A DNA stretch of 64,000 bases, from NCBI GenBank assembly GCA_050253415.1, contig JBFWJC010000003.1:192001-256000 (forward strand). The letters are read 5' to 3'. Position 1 is the stretch's first letter, and the number at the start of each line of letters is the position of its first letter. Under the pieces are notes generated by a model. It was not told the DNA's origin, ran no database searches, and worked only from the letters and a program-made list of their open reading frames with translations. Positions 53,862 through 64,000 of this stretch are shown in pieces. The translations under genes were made by a program, and so were the position numbers. This stretch comes from Pedobacter sp. Lineage in GTDB: Bacteria > Desulfobacterota > Desulfuromonadia > Desulfuromonadales > Syntrophotaleaceae.

Positions 53862-55826
53862 ATGGCAGTTCAAAGCGAAGTTTCTGCGGCCGATCGCAAG
53901 ATCGTGCTGGTTGGTAATCCGAACGTCGGCAAGAGTGTTCTTTTTAACGCCCTGACGGGGGCTTATACAGTCGTATCGAACTATCCCGGCACCTCGGTCG
54001 AGGTTTCTCGTGGAAACTGTGACATTGAAGGTGTTTCTTACGAGGTGCTTGATACGCCCGGGATGTATTCCCTGTTGCCCATTACCGAAGAAGAGCGGGT
54101 CGCCCGGGAAATTCTCCTGCAGGAAAAAGCGCATGTGGTTGTTCATGTGATCGATGCGCGCAATCTCGAACGCATGCTGCCCATGACCTTGCAGCTTGTG
54201 GAAGCCGGTCTGCCGGTTGTGCTTCTGATTAACATCCTTGACGAGGCTGAACGCAAGGGGATGCGTATCGATATCCCTTTGTTGCAGGAAAAGCTTGGCA
54301 TCCCAGTGATAGGCGGTGCTATGGCGAGAAAGCGTGGTCTGCCTGAATTACGTCAGGCCATCGCCGCATATAATCCCGAGGTCAAGGCCGTATTCGGATA
54401 TTCGCGGGAGCTTGAAAGGGATATCGCCAAAGTTTCGCAGCACTTGGCCGGTGATTATACGCTAATCCCAAGATCGATTGCCCTGCTTTTGCTGCAAAAA
54501 GATGAAGATGCCTGGAAATTGATCGCTAAGGCGGAAGATGGCAATCTGCAGGCCATTGAGCAAGCGGTCAGCGATACCGTTTTTGAACGGCGAATGGATC
54601 TTAATCTTCGCATCAGCCTTGAGCGTAAGCGGATATGTCGCGCAATTCTCGAGGAGGTTATCCATCAGCAGACGGACCGCAAGCCGACTTTTTTTGAAAA
54701 ATTGGCGGAATGGACTATCAATCCCTGGACCGGGTTTCCCTTGTTGGTAGCCGTCCTGTATTTTGGAATTTATGTTTTTGTCGGCAAGTTCGGCGCCGGT
54801 ACGCTGGTTGACCTGCTTGAGGGTGGAGTGTTTGAAAAATTTCTCAACCCCTGGGTGATCGATCTTGTGCACCGATTGACCCCCTGGTTCTGGTTGCAAG
54901 AACTGCTGGTGGGTGAATACGGTGTTTTTACCCTGGGGGTACGCTATGCCGTGGCTCTGGTGCTGCCCATCGTCGGAACCTTTTTTCTGGCGTTTTCCAT
55001 AATGGAGGATGTCGGTTATTTCCCGCGATTGGCCATGCTTGTCGACCGGGTTTTTAAAAAAATCGGACTTAATGGTCGTGCGGTGATTCCGATGGTGCTG
55101 GGCTTCGGGTGCGATACCATGGCCACCATGGTCACTCGAACTCTTGAAACTGTACGTGAACGGATTATCGTGACCCTGCTGCTGGCTTTGGCGGTTCCCT
55201 GCAGTGCGCAACTTGGTGTCATTATGGGCTTGTTGTCCGGCGTGCCGGGGGCATTGCCGGTATGGATATTGTGTGTGACCCTGGTGTTTCTGACCGTTGG
55301 GCTGCTTTCGGCGCGGCTTCTACCTGGTGAGCGTCCAATGTTTTATATGGAACTCCCTCCTATGCGACTGCCCCAGGCACGCAACGTATTGATCAAAACC
55401 ATCAGTCGTATGCAATGGTATTTCCTGGAGATCTTTCCCCTATTCATTTTTGCATCGGTGTTGCTTTGGGCCGGTAAAATGACCGGTGCGCTCAATGCCC
55501 TTGTGCGGGTCATGGCTCCACCCATTACTGCTTTAGGGCTTCCTGCCAAAGCCACGGCTGCATTCATTTTCGGCTTTTTCCGGCGTGATTTCGGTGCCGC
55601 AGGCCTTTATGACATGCATGCGCAAGGCTTGCTGTCTCCCCGGCAATTAACCGTAGCCGCTGTCACCATGACCCTGTTTGTGCCTTGTATCGCTCAGTTT
55701 CTTATGATGAAAAAAGAACGGGGCTGGAAGGTATCTTTAGGCATATTCCTGATGGTTACGCTGCTGGCCTTTGCAGTCGGGTGGTGTCTTAATATCGTGC
55801 TTAGTTTTACAGGGTGGCTGATGTGA
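53862..55826 (+). CDS. feoB: Ferrous iron transport protein B
   Basis: GNPNVGKS, NYPGTSV, DTPG; gate motifs LGFGC, VPCSAQ, FVPCIA. Confidence 0.96.
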   Translation: MAVQSEVSAADRKIVLVGNPNVGKSVLFNALTGAYTVVSNYPGTSVEVSRGNCDIEGVSYEVLDTPGMYSLLPITEEERVAREILLQEKAHVVVHVIDARNLERMLPMTLQLVEAGLPVVLLINILDEAERKGMRIDIPLLQEKLGIPVIGGAMARKRGLPELRQAIAAYNPEVKAVFGYSRELERDIAKVSQHLAGDYTLIPRSIALLLLQKDEDAWKLIAKAEDGNLQAIEQAVSDTVFERRMDLNLRISLERKRICRAILEEVIHQQTDRKPTFFEKLAEWTINPWTGFPLLVAVLYFGIYVFVGKFGAGTLVDLLEGGVFEKFLNPWVIDLVHRLTPWFWLQELLVGEYGVFTLGVRYAVALVLPIVGTFFLAFSIMEDVGYFPRLAMLVDRVFKKIGLNGRAVIPMVLGFGCDTMATMVTRTLETVRERIIVTLLLALAVPCSAQLGVIMGLLSGVPGALPVWILCVTLVFLTVGLLSARLLPGERPMFYMELPPMRLPQARNVLIKTISRMQWYFLEIFPLFIFASVLLWAGKMTGALNALVRVMAPPITALGLPAKATAAFIFGFFRRDFGAAGLYDMHAQGLLSPRQLTVAAVTMTLFVPCIAQFLMMKKERGWKVSLGIFLMVTLLAFAVGWCLNIVLSFTGWLM

Positions 55827-56005
55827 AATGTGGCTTTTGTGGCCGGACTCTTCCGGCGTCCCAAGAGTTGCGGCAAAAACCTTGCGGAGCATGTCTGGGG
55901 GGGTGTCGTAAAATTCACTGCCCCTGGTGTGGATATGAAAACCCTGTGGTTCCCGGCCTGTTGCGGCGATGGAAAAAGGACGACAAGTCCAAGGAGAACG
56001 AATAA
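55823..56005 (+). CDS. Small Cys-rich protein in the feo operon
   Basis: GTGA overlap with the feoB stop and TAATG overlap with the next gene; CGFC, CGAC, C, CPWC; an in-frame ATG at 55814 is an alternative start. Confidence 0.75.
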   Translation: MKCGFCGRTLPASQELRQKPCGACLGGCRKIHCPWCGYENPVVPGLLRRWKKDDKSKENE

Positions 56006-56661
56006 TGGAACACTCGGAACGGGCCGAAGATATTCTCGAAGCCGTTTGGATAGCAGTAGTCGAAGAAGGGGATAACTCAGCCTCTCTTGAGGCTTTGGAT
56101 ATAGACGCTAACGATCCGGCATTATTGGCGCTGGATCGAAAGGCCCTGATTGAGCTTAAAGGCGAGCGCGTTTATCTGCGCTCGGAAGGACGCATAGCCG
56201 GTGAAAAAGTTGTTCGTCGGCACCGTCTGGCGGAGCGGTTGATGATGGACATCCTGGATCTCAAGGGCAGCAATGCCAATGCCAAGGCTTGCGAATTTGA
56301 GCATTTGCTTAATGAAGGGGTCGATACCCGTATCTGTACGCTATTGAATCATCCTACTACCTGCCCCCACGGTCGGCCGATTCCGCCTGGAGACTGCTGC
56401 CGTGCGGCACGAAGTTCAGCGGTTACCGGCGTGGTGCCACTTACCGAAATGAAGGTGGGTGATGCAGGAGAAATTGCCTATTTGACCACCAGCGATACCA
56501 GAACCATGCAAAAGCTCATGTCCCTTGGTGTATTGCCAGGGAATCATATCCGGCTGAACCGTCGGTTTCCCTCGTATATTTTTCATGTTGGGAATTCGGA
56601 GTTTGCCGTTGATGAACAATTGGCGCGGGAAATTTTTGTTCGCACCGAAGATACTGATTAA
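56005..56661 (+). CDS. ideR: DtxR/IdeR family metal-dependent regulator with C-terminal FeoA domain
   Basis: EDILE, RRHRLAERL, ACEFEH, CPHGRPIP; FeoA-like LMSLGVLPG. Confidence 0.9.
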   Translation: MEHSERAEDILEAVWIAVVEEGDNSASLEALDIDANDPALLALDRKALIELKGERVYLRSEGRIAGEKVVRRHRLAERLMMDILDLKGSNANAKACEFEHLLNEGVDTRICTLLNHPTTCPHGRPIPPGDCCRAARSSAVTGVVPLTEMKVGDAGEIAYLTTSDTRTMQKLMSLGVLPGNHIRLNRRFPSYIFHVGNSEFAVDEQLAREIFVRTEDTD

Positions 56662-56687
56662 TGGCACGGTATTCTTATAGTGTTGTT

Positions 56688-56723
56688 AACGGCCCCGAAA
56701 CGAGCACAGGTTTCGGGGCCGTT
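56688..56723 (+). terminator. Strong hairpin ending the fur-feo operon
   Basis: AACGGCCCCGAAAC-N8-GTTTCGGGGCCGTT; only a short U tract. Confidence 0.7.
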
Positions 56724-56953
56724 GATGTATCAGGGGAAAGATTTAACAGGAATATAGTCTTTGTTTTGAATGATCAATTTGTTACTATTTTACGCTCTTG
56801 AAAAGCTCTTAATGCTGTATGCCAATTTGAATGCCTCTTTACCTGGAGGTGTCGGCACAACCCGGTGCTTTTAGTGGTGGTAATGAACTTCTGAACGTAT
56901 TTTTTACTTGCCTGGGCCTTCCTTAACCCTCGACTTAAAGAGGTAGTACGCGG

Positions 56954-59452
56954 ATGTTCGGATTTCGACACGCCACGCTTAAGAAAAAACTGACCGGCAT
57001 TATCATGCTGACCTGCGCCGTGGTTTTGGTCCTTGCCGCAGGAGCGTTCATGACCGTCGAAATCCTGTCTTTTCGAAGGAATATGGTGAGCTATACCTAT
57101 TCCCTCGCCGAGATACTGGCCGCCAACAGTTCTGTTGCTATAACTCTTCACAGTAAGCAGGTCGGCGAGCAGGTCATGTCGTCATTGCTCTCCGAACCCC
57201 ATATTCAAAACGCGTATCTTTTTGATAGGTTTAATCGGGTTATTTCTCAATTTCATCACCCCGAGGAAGGAAGCGCGGCACCAGGCCAATGGAGTGCGGC
57301 GGTTGATCGCACTACCTATCAGCAGATGGCTCTGGTGCTTGAAAATGGGCGCCGTAATCATTTTTTTGGTCCTGAATTCCTATCCGTCATTGTTCCTGTA
57401 CGCCATGCGGGAAAAACCATCGGCATGGTGTATATTCAGTCGGATCTTACTGCCTTCTACGCCTGGTTACGGTCTTTTGCCATCAGTGTGGCGGCCGTAT
57501 TGGCTGCGTCATGCCTTTTTGGATATTTTGTGGCCGGCCATTTACAATATTTGATTTCGTCCCCCATTTTGCATCTTGCCGATAAGATGCGTCAGGTTTC
57601 AGGTAACGAAGATTTTTCCTTGCGCGTCACCAAAATCGCTTCTGACGAGGTCGGTGTTCTCTTTGATGGATTCAATAACATGCTTGAACAGCTTGCCTCT
57701 CGTGACAAGCAGCTGGAATGCTATCGATACCATCTGGAGGAACAGGTATCCATTCGGACGCAGGAGCTGATTGAAACCAATGAAGAACTTCATCAGACCG
57801 TCGACCAGCTGGCCCAGGCAAGACTAGCTGCCGAGTCTGCAAGCCTTGCCAAATCGCGCTTCGTTGCGAATATGAGCCATGAAATCCGCACACCTATGAT
57901 CGGGGTTATTGGCGTTGCAGAGCTTTTATTGAAGACGCAATTGAGCACTGAACAGGCGGAACTGGCACAAATGATTCTCAGCTCCGGCGATTCGCTGCTT
58001 AAAGTGCTTAATGATGTGCTGGATTTTTCTAAAATCGAGGCCGGGCATCTTGGGTTGGAGAAGATTCCTTTAAACCTGATCGAGGTTGTCGAAGAACCTC
58101 TGACCCTGTTGGCTAAAAGTGCTCAGGATAAAGGTGTTGAGTTGATTTTACGCGTCGATCCGGGCACTCCCGTCTCTTTGATAGGTGATCCGGCGCGTAT
58201 CCGGCAGATTGTTTTTAACCTGGTTGGTAATGCGGTAAAATTCACACCGAAGGGGCAAGTGGTCGTTCGCGTTGGTTGCCGGGACGAGAATTGCTCCAGT
58301 GCACTGATCTTTATGGAGGTTAAAGACAGCGGTATAGGGATTGACCCGGAGGCACAAAGTGCCATTTTTGAATCTTTTTCGCAGGCCGATAGTTCGACAA
58401 CGCGTCATTTTGGAGGGACAGGGCTGGGGCTTGCCATCGTCAAACAGTTGCTGGAACTTATGGGGGGGCATATCCACCTGGAAAGCGCTGTCAACGAAGG
58501 GGCTGTTTTTACCTGTACCGTTCGCTTCAATAAACATGAGGATATCCGTTGGCCCGAGGGGATGTTGTCGCATTCCCAGCAAGGGGCAAGAGTTCTGGTC
58601 GTTGCTTCTCATCGTGGTGTTCTGGAAATGCTTGCTGAACAATTGGGAGCTATGAACCTTCTGGCCGATACGGTTCTTACCGCTGAAGAAGCTTGCAAAC
58701 AATTGTCACAGGAGGCTCTAAAGGATAATAAATATAAGTTGGTTTTAGTAGATGATGGAATGCTTGGATCAAGTGGTTTGCTTCAACAAAAGCAAAAAGA
58801 ATCCTATTTATGGGGCTGTCGTTGGGTCATGATGGCGCCTCGTACCTACCTTTCAGGAAAGCAAAACCCTGGTACCGTGCAGGGGGTTTTGGATAAACCG
58901 GTAAGACCATCGCGTTTACTATCTGTTGTCCTTGACGTAATGGATACGCCAAACGGGTCGCCGCCTGTCTCGACCTGCCCAGAACAAAAATCTCAAATTG
59001 ACAGTGGATCTGTATCCCCTGTCACCAGGATTTTGGTGGCGGAGGATAATCCCACTACGCGTCGTATGCTGGCCATTAGCCTTAAAAGCCGTAATTGCGA
59101 TGTCGTACCTGCTGAAAATGGTCAGCAGGCTGTTGACCTGGCATTGGAAAAAACATTTGATTTGATCCTCATGGATTGTCAGATGCCTGTTATGGACGGC
59201 TATCAGGCAGTTACTCAGTTGCGTAAGGCTGGTATCAATACACCTGTGATAGCCATGACTGCGCATTCCCAGAGCGAAGTCGGTAACCTTTGCCAACAGG
59301 TCGGCATGGACGATTATCTTGCCAAGCCATTTAAACACAGCCATTTGTACCGTCTCATCGACAAGTGGGTTAAACTGCCGTCCTCGGAATCTGGCAAGAT
59401 GAGTTCCGATGATTTTAACGACGCATTGGTTTGCCATGTATCTGAAGACTAA
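56954..59452 (+). CDS. Hybrid sensor histidine kinase (TM-CHASE8-like-TM-HAMP-HisKA-HATPase-REC*-REC)
   Basis: [36 protein letters not shown]; degenerate first REC; intact second [15 protein letters not shown]. Confidence 0.93.
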   Translation: MFGFRHATLKKKLTGIIMLTCAVVLVLAAGAFMTVEILSFRRNMVSYTYSLAEILAANSSVAITLHSKQVGEQVMSSLLSEPHIQNAYLFDRFNRVISQFHHPEEGSAAPGQWSAAVDRTTYQQMALVLENGRRNHFFGPEFLSVIVPVRHAGKTIGMVYIQSDLTAFYAWLRSFAISVAAVLAASCLFGYFVAGHLQYLISSPILHLADKMRQVSGNEDFSLRVTKIASDEVGVLFDGFNNMLEQLASRDKQLECYRYHLEEQVSIRTQELIETNEELHQTVDQLAQARLAAESASLAKSRFVANMSHEIRTPMIGVIGVAELLLKTQLSTEQAELAQMILSSGDSLLKVLNDVLDFSKIEAGHLGLEKIPLNLIEVVEEPLTLLAKSAQDKGVELILRVDPGTPVSLIGDPARIRQIVFNLVGNAVKFTPKGQVVVRVGCRDENCSSALIFMEVKDSGIGIDPEAQSAIFESFSQADSSTTRHFGGTGLGLAIVKQLLELMGGHIHLESAVNEGAVFTCTVRFNKHEDIRWPEGMLSHSQQGARVLVVASHRGVLEMLAEQLGAMNLLADTVLTAEEACKQLSQEALKDNKYKLVLVDDGMLGSSGLLQQKQKESYLWGCRWVMMAPRTYLSGKQNPGTVQGVLDKPVRPSRLLSVVLDVMDTPNGSPPVSTCPEQKSQIDSGSVSPVTRILVAEDNPTTRRMLAISLKSRNCDVVPAENGQQAVDLALEKTFDLILMDCQMPVMDGYQAVTQLRKAGINTPVIAMTAHSQSEVGNLCQQVGMDDYLAKPFKHSHLYRLIDKWVKLPSSESGKMSSDDFNDALVCHVSED

Positions 59453-61577
59453 AAGACTGCCTATTGTAATTGGTTTCTGCGCCTTATCCTGTCTGGTATT
59501 CGTGACGTTTTTGTTGCTGAGCATCTTTAAAACGCCCCCTCCCCAAAACGATTTTAGCGTAGGTTCTGTCACTTCGAATGTCGATAATGCCAATGATGGA
59601 TGTTTGTTGACACTTGGCGGTAACTGTTTTCCTGAAGATCTTCAGGCATATTTAAATTTGGATATCGGTAATCGATTTTCTATTGTTGGTAATATGCCGA
59701 GTTGGGGTTTTGCAAAAAGTGTCGTCGTTCGAGGCAATCTGGGTTTCATTTCAGATATGGTGCGAGGCTTTCAAATTGTTGATTTAACCGATGTTGCGCG
59801 ACCTGCAATCATCGGATCGTTGCCCATTCCTGGTCGAGCCTGGGACATGGCCGTACAGGATGATCGCGTTTATATAGCTGCTGATCATGGCGGCATTCAG
59901 GTTGTTTCGGTCCGCGATCCTGCACATCCCCAAATTATTGCCTCTGTAAATACGCCAGGAACGGCTAGTGACATATTGGTTGAAGGCGCTGTTGCTTATG
60001 TGGCCGATGGAGAGGGGGGCGTTCATATCGTTGATCTGCGCCATAAACCTCGCATTGTGGCTACGGTAGCGACCGGCGGGATGGCATCCGCTCTATGGAA
60101 GGATGGCGAGTATCTCTATGTAGCCGGTGGCCGGGCAGGTATGCAGGTTATTTATTGTGATGGAAAAAAAGTGCCGCGTCTGGTCGCGACAGTAGACACG
60201 CCGGGGAATGCTGACAGTGTTACCGTCGTTCGGCAAAAGGCTTATGTTGCTGATCGAAAAGGCGGCATTCAGATTATTTCTGTGGAACAACCCATGGCCC
60301 CGAGACATGTTGCCAGTGTAGCTACCATGGGTAGTGCCCGCAACGCCAAATGGATTGACGGAAATTTGTGGGTGGCTGCGGATCAGGGAGGCGTGCAGAT
60401 TTTTACGCCAGATGGCGACGAGAACCTGCGTCCTCTGGGAATAGTCAGCACCCCTGGGCTGGCTTGGGATGTGTCAGCTTTCAATCAGTACGTGGTGGTG
60501 GCGGCCGGCAAAAGTGGCTTACAGATTATCGGTAAGGGATGCCTCTCCCGCCTGGCCAAGCTCAAAGCATTGGATCTGCCAGGGGTTGCCCAGGGTCTTG
60601 CTGACAAAGACGGCCGAATTCTGGTGGCTGGAGGCCGGTCCGGATTGCAAATCCTTACCAATTCTCCTGAGAGCCTTCGCTTGGCTTATGCCGTTGATAC
60701 CCCTGGCAAAGCTGTTGATGTCGTGGTCGGAGAAGACCGGGTATTTGTGGCCGATGGTTTGGGTGGCGTGCACAATGTTGTGTTAGGCAAGGACAGTGGC
60801 CATATTGCAGATACGATCCACTTGAAAGGTAACCTGAAAAGGGTGGCTTACAGTCGGCAAAAGCTTTATGCGGGAGGCTTGCATGGAGACCTGCATATCG
60901 TTGAGGCCAAGCCTCATGGAAAAATGAAGCTACTGAGTTCGCTTTCGGTACCAAAACCGCTTTATGATATTGCCGTCAGGAACGACTACGCCTATCTGGC
61001 TTGCGGTACTAACGGTACTTTTATTGTTGATATTCATAATCCGGTACAGCCGACGCTCGTTGGTAAAGTGGAGGTTCCGGATTATCTTCTGCCTTTTGAT
61101 TGCTCCACATCGCTGACCGTGACCGGGAAACAGCTTTACGTTGCCAATGGTCGTGCCGGCATTCAGGTTTACGATTTAACCCATGCCCAGTCGCCTCTTT
61201 TGGTTGGTTCGATCAATACCCTGGGCAATGCCATCTCGCTGGTAGTATCCGGAAATCAGGTGTACGTAGCAAACTTTCCCACGGGGATGCAAATGATTAA
61301 TTGTCAGGATCCCGATAGTTTGCAGATGATAGGAGCTTTGGGCGTCAATGTTAAAGCCAAAGGCATGGTGGTGATTGGTGACGAATTGTTTGCATCGACA
61401 AATTTGGGAGGGGTGGTAGCCGTACCGCTACCTTTTAAAGTGCCAAGGGTTAAACGGCATGGAGCTGAACGACTGGATGTTTCGGTTCCTCCTCTGGCTA
61501 CGAAGGGGTATTATTCGCTGTCGCTTTCTGATGGCCAGCAAACTCTTGTACTGCCAGATATTGTCGTTTCCAAATGA
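59436..61577 (+). CDS. Membrane-anchored LVIVD repeat (beta-propeller) protein
   Basis: N-terminal hydrophobic helix; 14 repeats of about 42 aa, TPGxAxxVxVxxxxAYVAxGxxGxQIV. Confidence 0.85.
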   Translation: MYLKTKRLPIVIGFCALSCLVFVTFLLLSIFKTPPPQNDFSVGSVTSNVDNANDGCLLTLGGNCFPEDLQAYLNLDIGNRFSIVGNMPSWGFAKSVVVRGNLGFISDMVRGFQIVDLTDVARPAIIGSLPIPGRAWDMAVQDDRVYIAADHGGIQVVSVRDPAHPQIIASVNTPGTASDILVEGAVAYVADGEGGVHIVDLRHKPRIVATVATGGMASALWKDGEYLYVAGGRAGMQVIYCDGKKVPRLVATVDTPGNADSVTVVRQKAYVADRKGGIQIISVEQPMAPRHVASVATMGSARNAKWIDGNLWVAADQGGVQIFTPDGDENLRPLGIVSTPGLAWDVSAFNQYVVVAAGKSGLQIIGKGCLSRLAKLKALDLPGVAQGLADKDGRILVAGGRSGLQILTNSPESLRLAYAVDTPGKAVDVVVGEDRVFVADGLGGVHNVVLGKDSGHIADTIHLKGNLKRVAYSRQKLYAGGLHGDLHIVEAKPHGKMKLLSSLSVPKPLYDIAVRNDYAYLACGTNGTFIVDIHNPVQPTLVGKVEVPDYLLPFDCSTSLTVTGKQLYVANGRAGIQVYDLTHAQSPLLVGSINTLGNAISLVVSGNQVYVANFPTGMQMINCQDPDSLQMIGALGVNVKAKGMVVIGDELFASTNLGGVVAVPLPFKVPRVKRHGAERLDVSVPPLATKGYYSLSLSDGQQTLVLPDIVVSK

Positions 61578-61712
61578 TAGCATCCTATACAATTTGATCG
61601 TCGCGGTTGGATTTTAAGACAACGCCCCTGGAAAGCTCTTTTTTCGCTTGCTGTAATTTTCGGTATGCATGACTGGTCAGGCTGAGGGTGGGGCCCTGAG
61701 TATTTGCTGAGG

Positions 61713-64000
61713 TCAGAAGAAATATTTTGCGCCAAGCCAGAACTGCCGGCCGAGTTCATATTCATTGTCTTCTTCACCACTTGCGGATTTTTTATTCAGT
61801 AAATTGAGGATTTCCAGGCTTAAAACAAACTCCTGCCTGGTCCAGGTTCGGGTGCGCCAATCGATTTTGCAATTGATAGTTGCCGCACCACCAAGTTTTG
61901 TTTTCTCGTAGATCGGAATACCGAGATCTGCATGGGTCTTCCCGGATTTCTGTAATGCCTGATAGCCGCTACGATATTTTATCAGGCTGCTGAAGGTAAC
62001 GTTATACGGAAGTTGCCCAACGTAGAGCACGTTGATCAGCCATGGACGATTAAAATCTTTCCTTGGTAATTGGCTCTTTGGAATGGCCTGACCGTTGTAC
62101 CAGACTTCCTCGTCGTTAAGCAAATCATCATACGATTCATTGCTGGAGTCGGTTTCCTGATAGGTACCGTTGACGTTCAGGTAATGGTTGTGCCATTGGC
62201 GTTCCCAGCTTATTCTGTAGCTTTCGTGGCGGCTGCGGCCATTGTTATTGAGGGTGTAATGCCAGAATCCGTCGGGTTGCTTGTCTCCTACTGATTTGGC
62301 AAATTCATTTTTCCCATCACGCTGTATATATTTAAAAATAGTCTTGCCGCCGAAAACCTCCTGTTCGATTCCGATAACGAATTCGTCTGCATAAGGTGTT
62401 TTTAAGGACTGGAAATCGGTGACTGTACTGGACATGCTTTTAAAAATCCATGTTCCGTCATCAAGTCGCGTTTCGTAATAGGTTGTCGGGACCTCCTCTC
62501 TCAGTTTGTAGGTTAATAGGTTGTTTGCATAATAACGATTGACCCCGGTCAGGAGCACTGTCCGGCCATTACCGAAAATGTCTAAGGCTGCAGCAAAACG
62601 AGGTGCCAGATTCAGGTTTCCCATGAAGTCGTCATACGATAGGCGCAGTCCGGGGCGCAATTCCAGCCGGCGGTAGCGCAGAATGTTTTCGGCATAAACA
62701 TTATATTGGCGCAGGGTGGCTTCGGCCTCGTGTTTTTCATAGACCGTGCGTCTGGCCGTTCCATTATCATAGAAAGAATATACATAGCTGGTACGGTCAC
62801 GGTTGGATGTTCCGTGAATGTGTTGAAAATCGACCCCGATGTTAAATTGATGGGAAACCGCTCCGGTTGAAGTCCGATGAAAATTCAAATCGGTTTTGTA
62901 TTGAAAGTTTTGCTGGGTTTTTTCGATATCCCCGGGGAACCCTTCAGTTTCCCAACTTCTGTCGGGGTTCTGGGTCAAAATCATATGAGGAGGGCCTTCA
63001 CGGGAATTTTCGCTTTCAGTGTAACCTGCCTGCACGTGCAGATCGGCAAAGGGAAGGGTGACTCGATAGTCTGCGTTGGCCATATATGCGCCGCCAAGGA
63101 TGGTTAAATCACTGTTTTTATAATCCTTTTTGAAGTATTTGCCCTCATAAGGGATATACGTCCAGGAGAGGTTAAGGTTTGATGACAGCGTCGGTTCGGT
63201 TGTGAGTTTTATAAAAAAAGTTTCCTTGCGTCGTCTCTGGTTCTGGGTTTCACCGAGATTTTTAAGGGGAATGGTAGCGAGCTGTAATTGGTACGCTGCC
63301 AATAGACGTATGTGTTTAGTGACAGGAATGTGGATGTCGAAACCGGCTTGATGTTTTTCAAACTTCGGTTGCAACGTATGCTTTCCCGAATTTTCGAAGT
63401 CGGATTTTTGGGATGGCGCTATATGGAATGCCGTCCAGGCATCGCGGGTGGTTCGATAAAAAAGACTTCCGCCGAATTCATCAGCCGGTTCAATCGTTGT
63501 TGCATGGACCACGCCTCCCTTGAAATCGCCATAACTGGCAGGCACATTGCTGTCGTAAAGGGTGATTTGATCGACCAGCGAGGCGTCCAGAAATATCTGC
63601 TGAGCATGCCCGGGCACATCGTTTAAAGCTAATGGATCATTGGCATCGGGATCGATCAGGCTGTTGTTGCTCAGGCCATCGATGAGGAAGTTGTTTTCAA
63701 AGCCCTTACCCCCTGAGATGGAAACGGCGGAAGGCAGGATTTCTCCCCCCTGTGTTGAGAGGTTAGAAGATTCGCTGAACTGGATATCAGGTAAAAAGGA
63801 AAGTATTTGGTTGATGCTACCGTTGCCGGAGGGGAAATTCTGAATGATGTGGCGATCGATAACATTTGCTGCATTTGTAAGAGGTTCGCGTAGACCATTA
63901 ACCATGACGGGCGGAAGCACTGTTGCCGCAGGTAGGGACGTCTCTTGGGGGACATTTTGACTGGTTTCTGAAGCCAGTGTGATGGAGACTGCTGACATCA
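61713..64000 (-). CDS. TonB-dependent receptor (5' end probably outside the window)
   Basis: TonB-box-like LPPVMVNG; plug NNFLIDG and YGDFKGGVV; barrel strands; NLLNK...GRQFWLGAKYFF C-terminus. Confidence 0.88.
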   Translation of the reverse strand, partial: MSAVSITLASETSQNVPQETSLPAATVLPPVMVNGLREPLTNAANVIDRHIIQNFPSGNGSINQILSFLPDIQFSESSNLSTQGGEILPSAVSISGGKGFENNFLIDGLSNNSLIDPDANDPLALNDVPGHAQQIFLDASLVDQITLYDSNVPASYGDFKGGVVHATTIEPADEFGGSLFYRTTRDAWTAFHIAPSQKSDFENSGKHTLQPKFEKHQAGFDIHIPVTKHIRLLAAYQLQLATIPLKNLGETQNQRRRKETFFIKLTTEPTLSSNLNLSWTYIPYEGKYFKKDYKNSDLTILGGAYMANADYRVTLPFADLHVQAGYTESENSREGPPHMILTQNPDRSWETEGFPGDIEKTQQNFQYKTDLNFHRTSTGAVSHQFNIGVDFQHIHGTSNRDRTSYVYSFYDNGTARRTVYEKHEAEATLRQYNVYAENILRYRRLELRPGLRLSYDDFMGNLNLAPRFAAALDIFGNGRTVLLTGVNRYYANNLLTYKLREEVPTTYYETRLDDGTWIFKSMSSTVTDFQSLKTPYADEFVIGIEQEVFGGKTIFKYIQRDGKNEFAKSVGDKQPDGFWHYTLNNNGRSRHESYRISWERQWHNHYLNVNGTYQETDSSNESYDDLLNDEEVWYNGQAIPKSQLPRKDFNRPWLINVLYVGQLPYNVTFSSLIKYRSGYQALQKSGKTHADLGIPIYEKTKLGGAATINCKIDWRTRTWTRQEFVLSLEILNLLNKKSASGEEDNEYELGRQFWLGAKYFF

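Noticed and set aside
56661..56870. Sigma54-like TGGCACG (56662) and CGGCAC...TGC (56853) upstream of the hybrid kinase
   Set aside because: The first lacks the -12 GC; in the second the GG-to-GC spacing is one base too long
59700..61420. Periodic sequence resembling a repeat array
   Set aside because: Protein-level LVIVD repeats with divergent DNA; not CRISPR or a DNA tandem repeat

Overview
Gene-dense chromosomal window with about 50 CDS. Gene content and order (fur-feoB-Cys-rich-ideR, nadC-birA-coaX-EF-G2, HEAT/HD-GYP pair, REC-PilZ) point to a Desulfuromonadia-type (Pelobacter/Desulfuromonas/Geobacter-like) bacterium; this taxonomy is an inference. Most genes are housekeeping, metabolic or transport: beta-carbonic anhydrase, polyprenyl synthetase, Lon, an M16 pair, LpxH, ZIP, NadC, BirA, CoaX, EF-G2, MOSC/Mog, acyl-CoA synthetase, NfeD/SPFH, pyruvate carboxylase, ResA/CcdA and Feo. 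I found no rRNA, tRNA, CRISPR array, transposase, integrase or phage genes. The best candidates for undescribed biology are in signalling. (1) A J-domain protein whose C-terminus is four tandem 24-aa MshEN-like motifs, a candidate cyclic-dinucleotide-responsive Hsp70 co-chaperone. (2) An AT-rich orphan GNAT-histidine kinase fusion with an unassigned C-terminal domain. (3) A CHASE8-like hybrid kinase overlapping a gene for a membrane-anchored 14-repeat LVIVD propeller. (4) An NtrC-HEAT-HD-GYP cluster whose two downstream proteins share an N-terminal motif. (5) An orphan dihaem-c/cytochrome-b fusion. All domain calls come from motif recognition by eye; no database search was run. Start codons were adjusted from the ORF track where an RBS supported a different start.
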